Source of the DNA: Candidatus Multivoradales bacterium
GTDB taxonomy: Bacteria; Acidobacteriota; Thermoanaerobaculia; Multivoradales; Multivoraceae
DNA: 64,000 nt
NCBI GenBank assembly: GCA_965223325.1
Contig: CBDCWI010000001.1
Coordinates: 32,001 to 96,000 of the forward strand
Direction of reading: 5' to 3'
Position numbers and translations under genes: made by a program. Shown here piece after piece: positions 1-9,403 of the stretch (positions are counted from its first letter, which is position 1; each line of letters starts with the position of its first letter). The notes under the pieces are model-generated. The model had not been told where the DNA came from and searched no databases. It worked only from the letters and a program-made list of their open reading frames with translations.

Positions 1-249
1 GATCTGGAGGCAGCCCGCGGTTTCGAGGTTCGACGAACTCGAGATCGTCAGGTTGTCGGGAACGTTCGAGTCGCTGATCAGCGCCAGGATCTGCGTGACG
101 GTGAGCTTGCGCGTCGTACCACCCTGGTTGGAGGGCAGCTCATCGGAGCCAGAGGCAGATCCCGCCGCCGGCAGCTGGGAAATCCGCTGCGCGCCGGCCG
201 GCAAGGCCGCAAAAAGCAGCGCGAACGCCGGAATCAGGATTCGTTTCAT
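1..249 (-). CDS. Phage protein with signal peptide followed by a fibre-like N-terminal motif (partial, runs off window)
   Basis: Manual translation MKRILIPAFALLFAALPAGA|QRISQLPAAGSASGSDELPSNQGGTTRKLTV; GAGGA RBS; alternative ATG at 264 overlaps the upstream stop; absent from the ORF track because it is truncated. Confidence 0.75.
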   Translation of the reverse strand, partial: MKRILIPAFALLFAALPAGAQRISQLPAAGSASGSDELPSNQGGTTRKLTVTQILALISDSNVPDNLTISSSSNLETAGCLQI

Positions 250-260
250 CGCGTCGTTCC

Positions 261-698
261 TCATGCGGCAACCAGGGCGGGGTCAAGAGCGTCAGTCATG
301 CGCTCGAATGGGATACGGAGCTCGCGCCGATCGAACTCCTCGTCTTGGATCTGTTGGCCGGGAAGGGGAACCGAAAAGTCCATTTCCCCGTCTGGCTTTG
401 CCGAGTGAAAGGCCAGGACGAGAGCGTCAAAGAGCTCGCGGGCCCGGCCATCTCGAGCGCCGTGCTCGACATGCACGATCGCCGACACCTCGCCCTCGAG
501 TCGGACACACTCGAACGTGAGATGCTCCGAAAACAGGTACTCGACGTCCCACGTCACGTAGACCGCCGGCGCGTCGATCGATCCGTTCGGAGTCGGCGGC
601 GAAAACTTCTGGTTCGGCGCGAACACAACGAGGGCTCCGGGTGGAGCCCAGGTTGAGAAAACCTCGCCGATAGCCTGGCGCTCTTCTACGTAGTTCAT
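261..698 (-). CDS. Putative tail terminator / neck protein
   Basis: 145 aa, last of the neck genes; 'W..P...F.PN..F.PP' pattern and size typical of siphophage terminators. Confidence 0.6.
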   Translation of the reverse strand: MNYVEERQAIGEVFSTWAPPGALVVFAPNQKFSPPTPNGSIDAPAVYVTWDVEYLFSEHLTFECVRLEGEVSAIVHVEHGARDGRARELFDALVLAFHSAKPDGEMDFSVPLPGQQIQDEEFDRRELRIPFERMTDALDPALVAA

Positions 699-1072
699 CC
701 GCCACGCCTCCGAACAAGACCGCGGAGAAAGCGCGTCGAGTTGCGAGCAAGCTTCTCGATGATCGGACCGGCGATTCCCCGAGGCGCTTGAAGGGAACCG
801 AGCACTCCCCGCGTTCCCTGACGACGGCCACCCTCAATGATCGAAGCGTGGTCGACGGTGTTGAGGTAGCGCGTCCGGTCGCCAGAGCGGACCTTTCGCC
901 ACCCACTGGCCAACTCACCGGTTCGTTTCGGCGACCTGGACGCGAGCGCGTCGAGCTCCCTGTCGACGTGGGTTGCCGTGTCGACGCGAAGAGCCCTGAT
1001 CATCGAGGGCACCTGACGCCGAAAAGCACGACCGGCGGCATCGAAGCTGGTAAAGCGTCCTCCCACCCTCAT
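695..1072 (-). CDS. HK97 gp10-like tail completion protein
   Basis: SPKRTGELASGW...NTVDHASIIEGG motif; ATG at 1072 overlaps the upstream stop. Confidence 0.7.
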   Translation of the reverse strand: MRVGGRFTSFDAAGRAFRRQVPSMIRALRVDTATHVDRELDALASRSPKRTGELASGWRKVRSGDRTRYLNTVDHASIIEGGRRQGTRGVLGSLQAPRGIAGPIIEKLARNSTRFLRGLVRRRGG

Positions 1073-1644
1073 ATCGCACGCTCGCTTCCGAACTCGACAC
1101 GCCATGCGACCGGCGTTTCCGCTCGTCCTGACAGTCGCCGGAATCGCACAACCATCTCGGTTGCACCGTCTGCCTCGAGGAGCAGGTCACCAACCCGAGG
1201 GCGGTGGTCCTCGCTATATAGCCAGATCTCCCGCTGGCCAAACTCTTCGGAGGTGCCGACCGCAAGGCCTCGCCGGCTCGCGGGCTCGAACGCGAAGAAC
1301 TCGAGAACCGCCGGAGAAACGGTTACAGGGTCCGACTCCGCCACCGAGGCCGCAAGGCCCGTCGTCAGATCTATAGTGATCTCGTGGTCGGTGGCCGTCG
1401 CGTCGCTCGAGACGAGATAGTCCTGGCCGCCCACCGTCACCACCAGGCCGGCGGGCACGGAACCCGACAGCCCCGTCCCGCGGACCAGGATCTGAGTGGC
1501 GCCCGCCAGTGCCGGTGCTGCCACTTCAAGGGCTGCGGCGGTGCCCGAAACGTCATCGGCCAGCGAGTGGTTGCGCTGGAGCGTCACGGTGCCGTCTTGA
1601 CCGTTGTAGCGGATGCGGCGGCCCACCATGTCTCGCACCCTCAT
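1069..1644 (-). CDS. Putative head-closure protein with inserted beta-rich domain
   Basis: Lies after the adaptor; C-terminal 'PRVGDLL' motif; Ala/Thr/Val-rich internal segment. Confidence 0.5.
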   Translation of the reverse strand: MRVRDMVGRRIRYNGQDGTVTLQRNHSLADDVSGTAAALEVAAPALAGATQILVRGTGLSGSVPAGLVVTVGGQDYLVSSDATATDHEITIDLTTGLAASVAESDPVTVSPAVLEFFAFEPASRRGLAVGTSEEFGQREIWLYSEDHRPRVGDLLLEADGATEMVVRFRRLSGRAETPVAWRVEFGSERAI

Positions 1645-2897
1645 ACCGCGTACCTCCGCAGGGAATCGAGAAGGCGCATGGCATCCGGCGGAATCAGGCC
1701 GAGGTCCGCGCCATAGCGCTCCTCGAAGCCGTCGGCTTTCTGCGACACGAGCCCGAGCGCCCGGCTCTCGTCGCGAATCGCAGCCATCGTCATGTAGGCC
1801 GCGGTAAGAACCTGGCGCGGCAGGATCTGAGCCTCACGCGTAACCAGCGTCGCCGTGTTGTCGGTGACAGAAGCACCTGATTCGGTCGGCCAGACAGGCT
1901 CGTTCGCGCCGAGCACGCCGGCACTGGTTACTTCGAGCAGATACCGCGTTTGTGTGGCCTTGACCCACTGCCCCACCGCTACGCTTTCGCCAGCACTCCA
2001 CTTGACGACCGCCGAGGGCAGCACGTAGCCCGCGGTGTACTCGACCAGGATGCGTGGGACGCCCTCAGAGTTCCAACCGGAGCCACGCGGCCAACAACTG
2101 TCGCGGTAGAGCATGGCGTACTCGTCAGAATCGACCTGCCAATCAAAGACCTCTTCGCCGGCAATCCAGACCCGAATCGTCCCGAGCTCAATCGGATGCC
2201 GCGACAACAGAAGTGTTGACTTGCCGTGTCCGTCCGGAACCTCTCGGTAGCCCTGACGAAGTAGGCAGCCGGCCTCGTCCTCGATCGCGCTGCTCACCTC
2301 GGCGATGTAGTCGAGAATCACCGCGTCGTCATCAGTCATGCTCAATCGCGCCTTGACCGCATCGAGCGTGAGAAGGTCTGTGCTACTCGCAGGGATGGCC
2401 ACCTCGAGCTGGACCGTGGGCGCTGTGATCGTCGTCGCGGGAGAGGTGGAGTCCCGAACCGGGATGATCACGCTCTCTTCGAGAATTTGCGGTGTTGGCG
2501 CGAGGTCCGACGTGATGCGAACCGTTACCGTGTAGTCGACACCGTCCTCGCCACCGGCGACGAAGAATCGGACAGCCTTCGCACCTTCGAACAGCTCGTC
2601 GGAAACAAGGGTCAGGCCAGAGGTTTCGACGGTCGCGCTTGCGATGTCCTCACCGGCCGAGTCGTCGAGCTCGAACCGGTCGATCTGCCGCCAGTTCGCG
2701 GCGTCGTCACCGATCACCGACCCGCTCGAGCTGTGGCCGAGAACACACTCGTAGTAGAGGTCCCCGACAGGGTCTCGCCGGACGTCCCCCACGACAAACG
2801 ATCCAGCGGCCCAGTCCTGGGCGCCAAACCGAACGATGTACCACTTGGTCTCGCTCGGGTCCTTGGGGTCTAGACAAAGAGCGCTCACGCTGCTCAC
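1641..2897 (-). CDS. Fusion: PKDP-type adaptor domain plus gp6-like head-tail connector
   Basis: N-terminal PKDPSETKWY...AGGEDGVDYTVTVRITS; C-terminal LLTLDAVKARLSM.DDD...IED...VEYTAGY. Confidence 0.7.
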   Translation of the reverse strand: MSSVSALCLDPKDPSETKWYIVRFGAQDWAAGSFVVGDVRRDPVGDLYYECVLGHSSSGSVIGDDAANWRQIDRFELDDSAGEDIASATVETSGLTLVSDELFEGAKAVRFFVAGGEDGVDYTVTVRITSDLAPTPQILEESVIIPVRDSTSPATTITAPTVQLEVAIPASSTDLLTLDAVKARLSMTDDDAVILDYIAEVSSAIEDEAGCLLRQGYREVPDGHGKSTLLLSRHPIELGTIRVWIAGEEVFDWQVDSDEYAMLYRDSCWPRGSGWNSEGVPRILVEYTAGYVLPSAVVKWSAGESVAVGQWVKATQTRYLLEVTSAGVLGANEPVWPTESGASVTDNTATLVTREAQILPRQVLTAAYMTMAAIRDESRALGLVSQKADGFEERYGADLGLIPPDAMRLLDSLRRYAV

Positions 2898-3121
2898 GCT
2901 GCCCGCCTTCCCAGCGCCGCCGCAACGCTACGACCACCAGTAGCCGCCGCTCCTGCAACCCGCCCACGCCGGCGCACCTTGACGGGCAGCGCCACCAGGT
3001 CAACCTCGGGCAGGTCTGCGCGCTTGAGCGTAGGCGCCACAATCGTGCTGCCGGCCGCAACGCAATCACATGGGCGCGTCCGGATTCCGAGGTGGGTCTG
3101 GGTGTATCGGTCGAGGGTCAT
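2894..3121 (-). CDS. Small phage hypothetical protein
   Basis: 75 aa, overlaps both neighbours by 4 nt. Confidence 0.6.
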   Translation of the reverse strand: MTLDRYTQTHLGIRTRPCDCVAAGSTIVAPTLKRADLPEVDLVALPVKVRRRGRVAGAAATGGRSVAAALGRRAA

Positions 3122-3684
3122 TGTCTGTTGGTGCTGGTTGTTGTTCCGTCGTCTGCGTGGTCGATCACGATGTCGCTGGACTCGGTGCGGGTACGGGTGT
3201 CGGTTCTAAGGACCCCATCGGCCACGTCAAGCCCGAGCAGCTTCCAAACCTCGCGAAGCTGGTTCGATTGCGAAGTGTCGAGCCCGGACCCGGCCTGAAT
3301 CGATTGCGTAAGCAAGGACCTCTCCGCCTGGACGAGTACCTGGTGCGAGCTCGTCGTCGGAACGACTACCTGTTGCGCCCCGTCCTGGCCGAACAGCTGT
3401 CCAACCAAGATCAGCTCGTGATCCGCGTCGTAGGGCCGAATGCGCCACCCGAGATCGTTGCGGAGAAAGAAGTACGCGCCGACCGCCTTGCCGCCGCCCA
3501 CGTCGTCCCCGCCGACCGTCCTCCAAGGAAAGGTGAAGCGGTTCAAGACCGGATCGGACAGCCAATCGTTCTTGGCTGCCGAGTAGAGATCCTTCTGTAC
3601 GTCGACCGTGACAAACCCGCCGACCGGCGCAGCGGTCAGCGTGATCAGCTTGTTCACAGCGTCGTAGGTGGCGACCGCGCCCAT
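3118..3684 (-). CDS. Putative virion structural protein
   Basis: 188 aa; shares the YS..K..WL.D..LN...FP motif with 4069..5688. Confidence 0.75.
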   Translation of the reverse strand: MGAVATYDAVNKLITLTAAPVGGFVTVDVQKDLYSAAKNDWLSDPVLNRFTFPWRTVGGDDVGGGKAVGAYFFLRNDLGWRIRPYDADHELILVGQLFGQDGAQQVVVPTTSSHQVLVQAERSLLTQSIQAGSGLDTSQSNQLREVWKLLGLDVADGVLRTDTRTRTESSDIVIDHADDGTTTSTNRQ

Positions 3685-3688
3685 TCAC

Positions 3689-4069
3689 TTACTTCGCCCC
3701 CTTGGACTTCTTCTTCTTGGCCTTCTTCTTGACCTTCTTCTCGACCATCGCGGGCAAGATGGGCACCGACTTCAGGATTTCTTCGTCGTGCTCATCCCAA
3801 ACGCTCTTCTCGCGGAGGATGATCGTGGTCGGACTGAGTGGGTCGATGTCCCAGGACTTCGCGAACTCAGGCCAGCCAGCGAAGCCGGGCGTCGCCTCGT
3901 AGCGATCGACAAGCTCCTTTGGCACACCATCTGCCGTGCAACCTCCGGCTGCCTCGTTCTGGAGCCGAAACATCCAGTATCGAGTCGTCCGAAACTCGCG
4001 GCGGGCGTCGGGCGCAAGCAACCGCCGGCGCTCCTCGATCTCGACCTTCGTGTAGCGAAGTATCGGCAT
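3689..4069 (-). CDS. Phage hypothetical protein with Lys-rich C-tail
   Basis: MPILRYTK start coupled to the upstream stop (TGATG); ends KKVKKKAKKKKSKGAK. Confidence 0.7.
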   Translation of the reverse strand: MPILRYTKVEIEERRRLLAPDARREFRTTRYWMFRLQNEAAGGCTADGVPKELVDRYEATPGFAGWPEFAKSWDIDPLSPTTIILREKSVWDEHDEEILKSVPILPAMVEKKVKKKAKKKKSKGAK

Positions 4070-5688
4070 CAGACCGGGTTCTGGTAGACGAGCTCGTCGC
4101 CGGCGTTGATCTGGAATGTCAACCCTGTCGCGCGAGTGATGGTGAACGAGGCGACGACCCACTTGGAGTCACTGAGCCCCTGGGCGACGACCGTGACCGG
4201 CACGTCCGTCGCGGCGCTACCGCCACCCCGCTGCACGTTGCCGTCGTAGTCGTAGGTGAACGGAATCGAGGTCGCCGTCACCTGTCCTTCGATTGCTGCG
4301 GCGGCGTTGTCGTTGACGACGATTGCGTTGTCGGTGTCGAAGTCCGATCCGGCGTTCGACCCCGCGTCATCGTTGGTGAAGTACATCCGGTAGAGCGTGT
4401 CGGCGTTGGTCTCGCTGACGAGGTTGCTCGAGAAGACCAGGTTGCCGGCAGCAACGAACGGGAACACGCGCTTTGTCGACGTCGACGGCGTTCCTTCGGA
4501 GTCCAAGCCGCCACTGTCAACGGTGATGTCGAAGAACTCGATCCGGTTCTGGTCGTTGACGTCGAAATCGTCGACGTACACACCGGCGCGCGTCTGCAGG
4601 GTCTCGCCCAGAAAGTCGAGAAACGGGACTGCAATGTTGCCGTTGATGGTGCCCACGCCGTCTTGGTTTGGGCTGCCCAGGGTGTCGTCGTTGATGTCCG
4701 TCGTCCGACGCAGTTCACGACGCTCGAACTCGTAGATCTTTTCGGCTGAGCCGGAGTTGCCATCGATAATCCGGTTGAACGCGTACCACTCGGTACCGAT
4801 CTGTCGCTCGCCGGCGTAGGACTCCCAGTCCGTCACGCCGGTGTCGTCGGAGGTACCCGTGCCGCTCGAGGTGCCGCCGGCCGGCGTGAACCACCAGGTG
4901 CCGTTAGACGACCCCGACGCCTGGCGCCCAGCATCGAGCACTACCGCGCCGGCCGGATAGACCGTCGAGTTCGCCCAGGTGGTAAACCCTGAGCCGTCGA
5001 GGTAGTTGATCGTCATCCCCGTATAGGGGGTGTTCGCGTCGATGTTCGCGTCCGTCTCGACGATCTTCGGGTCGGTCGAGTTCGACAGCGGCAGACGATA
5101 GGCCTGGTAGGTCAGGACCGAGAGATCCTGGTCAACAAGCAAGTTGCCCTCGCTGATCGTCTTCCCTTGCTCGCGAAGATAGACCTTCAGAAAGTCTCGG
5201 TTGTCCGTGGCCGAACCATCGAAGATCTCAATGGCTTCGTTGAGCTCACCCGTCTTGTCAAAGTCGGTGGTCGACGCCGAGAATCCCGAAACCTGCTGGT
5301 AGTAGGCCTGGTCCGTCGACGAGTTGTCGAAGCCACCGAGAGAGATGATGACTGCGTACTCGGCGCCGGAGGTGTCCTCGCGCCAGCCACCATCTCGAAG
5401 CAGATCGCGGGTCTGGGCGTCCGCAGGCTCCCAGTCGTTGACGACGTTGAACTTCGCCTCGAAGATCGGGTCGATCGGGAAACGGTGCTTGTTCAGCGCC
5501 GTGTCGGTCAGCCACTCCTCCTTGCAGAACGAATAGAACGCCTGAAACGCAACGCCCGACGTTTGTCCGGGCGCGTTGTCGTCCAGGTTGCCGGCAACGA
5601 GCAGCTGGAACGTCTTGGGCGACCCGGTCGTGGTGAACACGACTTCGGTCGCTTGGTTGAGCTGATCTGGGTCGACGATCTTGGCCAT
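4069..5688 (-). CDS. Large acidic Thr/Ser/Asp-rich putative virion (fibre/appendage) protein
   Basis: 539 aa, beta-strand composition, WANSTVYPAGAVV carbohydrate-binding-like motif. Confidence 0.75.
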   Translation of the reverse strand: MAKIVDPDQLNQATEVVFTTTGSPKTFQLLVAGNLDDNAPGQTSGVAFQAFYSFCKEEWLTDTALNKHRFPIDPIFEAKFNVVNDWEPADAQTRDLLRDGGWREDTSGAEYAVIISLGGFDNSSTDQAYYQQVSGFSASTTDFDKTGELNEAIEIFDGSATDNRDFLKVYLREQGKTISEGNLLVDQDLSVLTYQAYRLPLSNSTDPKIVETDANIDANTPYTGMTINYLDGSGFTTWANSTVYPAGAVVLDAGRQASGSSNGTWWFTPAGGTSSGTGTSDDTGVTDWESYAGERQIGTEWYAFNRIIDGNSGSAEKIYEFERRELRRTTDINDDTLGSPNQDGVGTINGNIAVPFLDFLGETLQTRAGVYVDDFDVNDQNRIEFFDITVDSGGLDSEGTPSTSTKRVFPFVAAGNLVFSSNLVSETNADTLYRMYFTNDDAGSNAGSDFDTDNAIVVNDNAAAAIEGQVTATSIPFTYDYDGNVQRGGGSAATDVPVTVVAQGLSDSKWVVASFTITRATGLTFQINAGDELVYQNPV

Positions 5689-5709
5689 ATCGGTGAGTCC
5701 TTCGGGGCT

Positions 5710-7266
5710 TTAGGTTGGGTTCTCAAAAACGAGGTCGTCGGCTTGGGTTATCGGGAGCTCGCGATCGGCTGCCGTCAAAGTGTCGGCGTACTCGACGGCG
5801 CGCTTGTCCAGGTCGAGGATCATCACGTCGACCGCGGTGTCGGTCGTGTGGTTGTAGGTGTAGGTGTAGACCCCCGCCGTGGGGTTGCCCTGGGAAAGAA
5901 CCGTTCGGTCGCTGGTCTTGGCGATCGTGATCTGGCTGCCCGCGTCGAGCCCGGTCAACTTGTAGGTCGTGGGGTTGTTGACCGTGGTCGTCGACGTGGT
6001 GATGTTCTCGACCGTCGGCGTCGCACCACCGCCCAGGACGTCAATCGTCACCGCGCCCCCGCTGTCGTTGCGGACGTCTTTGGTGTTGCCGCTGTAGCTG
6101 TGCCCCGTGAACTCGTCCGTTCCGCCGGTTGGCACCGTGTCGATGAGGATGCCTTTAGCGTTGTTGATCCAACTGCAGTCCTCAACGTCGGCCGAATCGC
6201 TCCAAAGGACCGCCCCGGTTGTCGACGTTGACGAGATGAAGAAGGACTCGCGAAAAGACGCGCTGCCGGGATCGATCTGGCCACAACTGTCGAACGTCGT
6301 GCTCAAGATCTCGCAGGCAGAGTCTCCGAAGGTCGGATCGCCGGCGCCCTTGACGAGGCAGCCATACAACTCAAAGGAATCGAGGTCGGTGTCGCTGGCG
6401 TCAAAGACGTATGCGAGACCGGCCGAGAGGAAAATGGCCCCGTCGACGCCGACAGATCCGACTTTTGTCCCGAAGGTGATGTCCGTGGCGTTGATGACCG
6501 TCCGGTCGGCCTTCAGGCCGATCTTCGACGCAGTCAGCGCACTTACAACCGACGTACCGTTGTGGTATTGCGGGTCTTCGAAGACGAGAACACAACCCTC
6601 GTCACTAACGTCCGTCGCGGAGGTACCGCCAAGGATGATGAGCGCCTTGCTGTAGGTGATTCCGCCCTCGTCCCGAAAGATCCCCCATCCGTTCGTGTCA
6701 TCTGCGGCAATCAGGTCAGCACAGAGCGACGTGCTCGTTCCGGTGACCACCACGTCATCCCAGCGATGAATCGCGTCGACGTAGGTGTTCGGGTCGCCGC
6801 CGCCTACACTCGCGGTCATGTCGAAGATCACCCCGAAGTAGCGGGCCGTCGTCATCGAGAGCCCCGTACCTCCGGTCGCCGACGCGGTCTTACTCACGTC
6901 GATCACGAACTTCACCCAGCCGCCACCGTAGGTGTCGTTTCCTGCGACATACCACTCGGCATAGTTCGCAGTTCCGCTCGCGGACGCGATGCGAATCCGA
7001 ATTCCTCCGTTCGCGAGGGTGTCCAGGGAGCCCACGCCGCCGGTCACGTTCACCCACACGCCGACCATCTGGCCGGTGATGTCGATACCCGAGCTGTTGT
7101 CAAACAGGTACCCCTTGACGCCGTTGCTCACCTTGCGAGCGCGAGAGTTGGAGCCCTGTCGGACAACGTCCGTGTTGAACGACGAACCACCACCGCCACC
7201 GACGTCGACCCAGGTGCCGGTTTCGGCGGTGGTGATGGTGGTTACTCCTGTGACTGTGATTGCCAC
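5710..7266 (-). CDS. Putative virion fibre protein with possible beta-helix region
   Basis: 518 aa, rich in Thr/Gly/Asp, repetitive short beta strands in the C-terminal half. Confidence 0.7.
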   Translation of the reverse strand: MAITVTGVTTITTAETGTWVDVGGGGGSSFNTDVVRQGSNSRARKVSNGVKGYLFDNSSGIDITGQMVGVWVNVTGGVGSLDTLANGGIRIRIASASGTANYAEWYVAGNDTYGGGWVKFVIDVSKTASATGGTGLSMTTARYFGVIFDMTASVGGGDPNTYVDAIHRWDDVVVTGTSTSLCADLIAADDTNGWGIFRDEGGITYSKALIILGGTSATDVSDEGCVLVFEDPQYHNGTSVVSALTASKIGLKADRTVINATDITFGTKVGSVGVDGAIFLSAGLAYVFDASDTDLDSFELYGCLVKGAGDPTFGDSACEILSTTFDSCGQIDPGSASFRESFFISSTSTTGAVLWSDSADVEDCSWINNAKGILIDTVPTGGTDEFTGHSYSGNTKDVRNDSGGAVTIDVLGGGATPTVENITTSTTTVNNPTTYKLTGLDAGSQITIAKTSDRTVLSQGNPTAGVYTYTYNHTTDTAVDVMILDLDKRAVEYADTLTAADRELPITQADDLVFENPT

Positions 7267-7272
7267 AGACGC

Positions 7273-7503
7273 CTACCCCTTCTTGCTTGCTGCCTTCTTC
7301 GTCGTCGACTTGACGGGCGGGGCGCCGGCGCTCGACGCGCCCTTGCCCATGACCTTCGCCCGGTCTTCTTCGGACTGGAACTCAACGCGGCCCGCTTCGG
7401 CCTTCGCCTTACACTCGGCCGCCGCGAAAGTGGCCAGGTCGCCACGCTTATAGGAACCATCGACCCCCGCGTAGTTGGTCAACATGCGCACGGTTACTTC
7501 CAT
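7273..7503 (-). CDS. Small capsid-adjacent protein
   Basis: 76 aa, V.ML...AG..G....GD motif common after HK97 capsids; basic tail. Confidence 0.7.
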   Translation of the reverse strand: MEVTVRMLTNYAGVDGSYKRGDLATFAAAECKAKAEAGRVEFQSEEDRAKVMGKGASSAGAPPVKSTTKKAASKKG

Positions 7504-7506
7504 GGT

Positions 7507-7947
7507 CTAGGCCGTCCCAACCGCGGGCGACACATGAATCGCGCTAGCGATGACTCCTGGACCGGCTCCAGAGATGTCACCCGGCTCGATTCGCTTGCCG
7601 TACCGAAACGCGAAAGCGGTCCCGAGGGTCGTCGAAACGGCTCGGTTCGTCACCAGCGTCAGATACCGCTGCATCGGCTTGTGAATCTCGATGACTACGT
7701 ACGGTTCGGAGGCAGTTGTGGTGATGAGGGTGCCTTCAAGGTCCGCGGCGTCTGCGCCATCAGACGCCTCGCCACCCTGGACCTTCACGGTGTGTCCCGC
7801 GTTACCGGTACCGAACTGGACGAGGATAAGGACGCCCTCACGGTTTGCCATGTCGAACGCGTCGCCGACCGTCTCACCGGTCGCCGCCGTTTCCGAGCTG
7901 GCAGCCTGAAGAATGTCGGCTTCGTTGCTGAGTTGCTTCGTGATCAC
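7507..7947 (-). CDS. Putative capsid decoration/cement protein
   Basis: 146 aa, directly after the capsid gene, AGGAGA RBS, beta-sandwich-like. Confidence 0.6.
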   Translation of the reverse strand: MITKQLSNEADILQAASSETAATGETVGDAFDMANREGVLILVQFGTGNAGHTVKVQGGEASDGADAADLEGTLITTTASEPYVVIEIHKPMQRYLTLVTNRAVSTTLGTAFAFRYGKRIEPGDISGAGPGVIASAIHVSPAVGTA

Positions 7948-7962
7948 TGGGTTTGTCTCCTT

Positions 7963-9333
7963 TTATGCCGCGATCTTGAGGCGAGCGAAGGGCTCTTCGA
8001 GGATCGGCATGCCGTCGTTCTTCCCGCGGAAGAGGAGGGCGACCTGGTTGATTTCGGCGTAGAGCTCGGAGAGGCGCAGGACCTCCATGTCGAGCGACTC
8101 GGCGACCCAGTAGTAGGAGAAGTCGCCAAGAAGGCCGGTGTAGTTGCCGGCAGTGCTGAAGTCGCTCGGGAAACGCTCGTGCACATGCACGGGCAGACCG
8201 AGAAGCCGGTCCGGCTCGCCTACTCGAACGTCGCGCTGCCAGATGTATTGACCGTCGCCGTCCTTGATCTTCGAGATCTCCTTCTCGCCGTCGAGCGGGA
8301 AGAACCACCTAGCGTTGTTCCAGTAGCGGAAAACGCTGTACTTGGCATTCTTGAGCTCGTCGAAGGAGTAGGCGGCGCCGGCGGCCGAACCGCACGTGAC
8401 GTCGCGTGCCGTGGAAATCCCGTCAGTCGACGGAGTGAACAAGCCCAGGGGCTCCTGGCTGCCGTTGCCGGCGATCCACTCGTCTTCCTGCTTCTCGGCG
8501 ACGTCTCGGGTGACCTCGTCGATCGCAATGCTTTCGACGGGCATCACCGCGCGGCGAATGAGGTCGCGAGAGAGAAAAATCTCAGCAGTCCAAAAGTGCG
8601 GCGTGAGCGCCTTCAGACCGAACTTGAGACTTGTGTCCTTCGTGGGCGGGGTGATCTCGCCGCCGCGCGCGTACGTCGAAGCCTTGGCGGTGCGCCGGCG
8701 GACGCCGAGGGAATCGGCACCACGAACACGGAAGGTGCGGAAGAAGGACCGCAGCGGCAAGGCCTCGTCCAACGCCTTGAGGAGTCCACCGGTGAACTCC
8801 ATGGGCGTGTTGAGGTAGCCGCCGTCGACAGCCGAGTCTGAGACCAGGTCGGCGCGGACGCGGCCAACCAGTTCCCCGTCAGCACCAGTCGCGCCATGCT
8901 TCAAAAGCATTTCCTTCCAGAACGCGCGCCTGAACGAAGGCGTGGCCCGCAGCTGCTCGCGAACGCTCCAGGTGGCCTCGCCCAGCTCGACGTCGCCAAA
9001 CTGTTCACGCAGGAGCGTGAGGCCCTGTTCTTCAAGAGTGGCCTCTACGGCGGTAGCGGGGTCAACCAGCTCCGAGAGACGGCGTGTTCCGGCCGACTCT
9101 CGTCGGGCCTGGGCAGCGAGATCGATCTCGTTGGCTTCCTCAGCCTCGAGCTGCGCAAGCTTCTCGGCCTGGTCAATTCGCTTTTTGAGGTTCGTCGCGT
9201 CGTCGAACGCCTTGCTGTAGTTGGCGTCTTCCTCGCTGGTCATCGGCCGGCCTTCGGCCTCGGCGCGCTCGAGGATGGCGCGCGCGTCATGGACCGCCTT
9301 CGCACGGAGCTCGCGCATTTCTTGGAGGGTCAT
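7963..9333 (-). CDS. Major capsid protein, HK97 family
   Basis: Coiled-coil delta domain, DGGYL.P, GNGSQEPLG, KIKDGDGQYIW, LLGLPV, GDFSYY; start MTLQEMRE with AAGGGG RBS. Confidence 0.95.
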   Translation of the reverse strand: MTLQEMRELRAKAVHDARAILERAEAEGRPMTSEEDANYSKAFDDATNLKKRIDQAEKLAQLEAEEANEIDLAAQARRESAGTRRLSELVDPATAVEATLEEQGLTLLREQFGDVELGEATWSVREQLRATPSFRRAFWKEMLLKHGATGADGELVGRVRADLVSDSAVDGGYLNTPMEFTGGLLKALDEALPLRSFFRTFRVRGADSLGVRRRTAKASTYARGGEITPPTKDTSLKFGLKALTPHFWTAEIFLSRDLIRRAVMPVESIAIDEVTRDVAEKQEDEWIAGNGSQEPLGLFTPSTDGISTARDVTCGSAAGAAYSFDELKNAKYSVFRYWNNARWFFPLDGEKEISKIKDGDGQYIWQRDVRVGEPDRLLGLPVHVHERFPSDFSTAGNYTGLLGDFSYYWVAESLDMEVLRLSELYAEINQVALLFRGKNDGMPILEEPFARLKIAA

Positions 9334-9403
9334 CGTCAAAGCCCCTTTCCACTGGTTCGGTATGTACCGGTGGGTCAGGGATTTGAAGATCAGAAACGAC
9401 AAA

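Noticed and set aside
6562-8841. 759-aa plus-strand ORF and similar long antisense ORFs (e.g. 34368-35588, 49837-51087, 23118-24437)
   Set aside because: Shadows of well-supported opposite-strand genes in high-GC DNA, with no recognisable motifs
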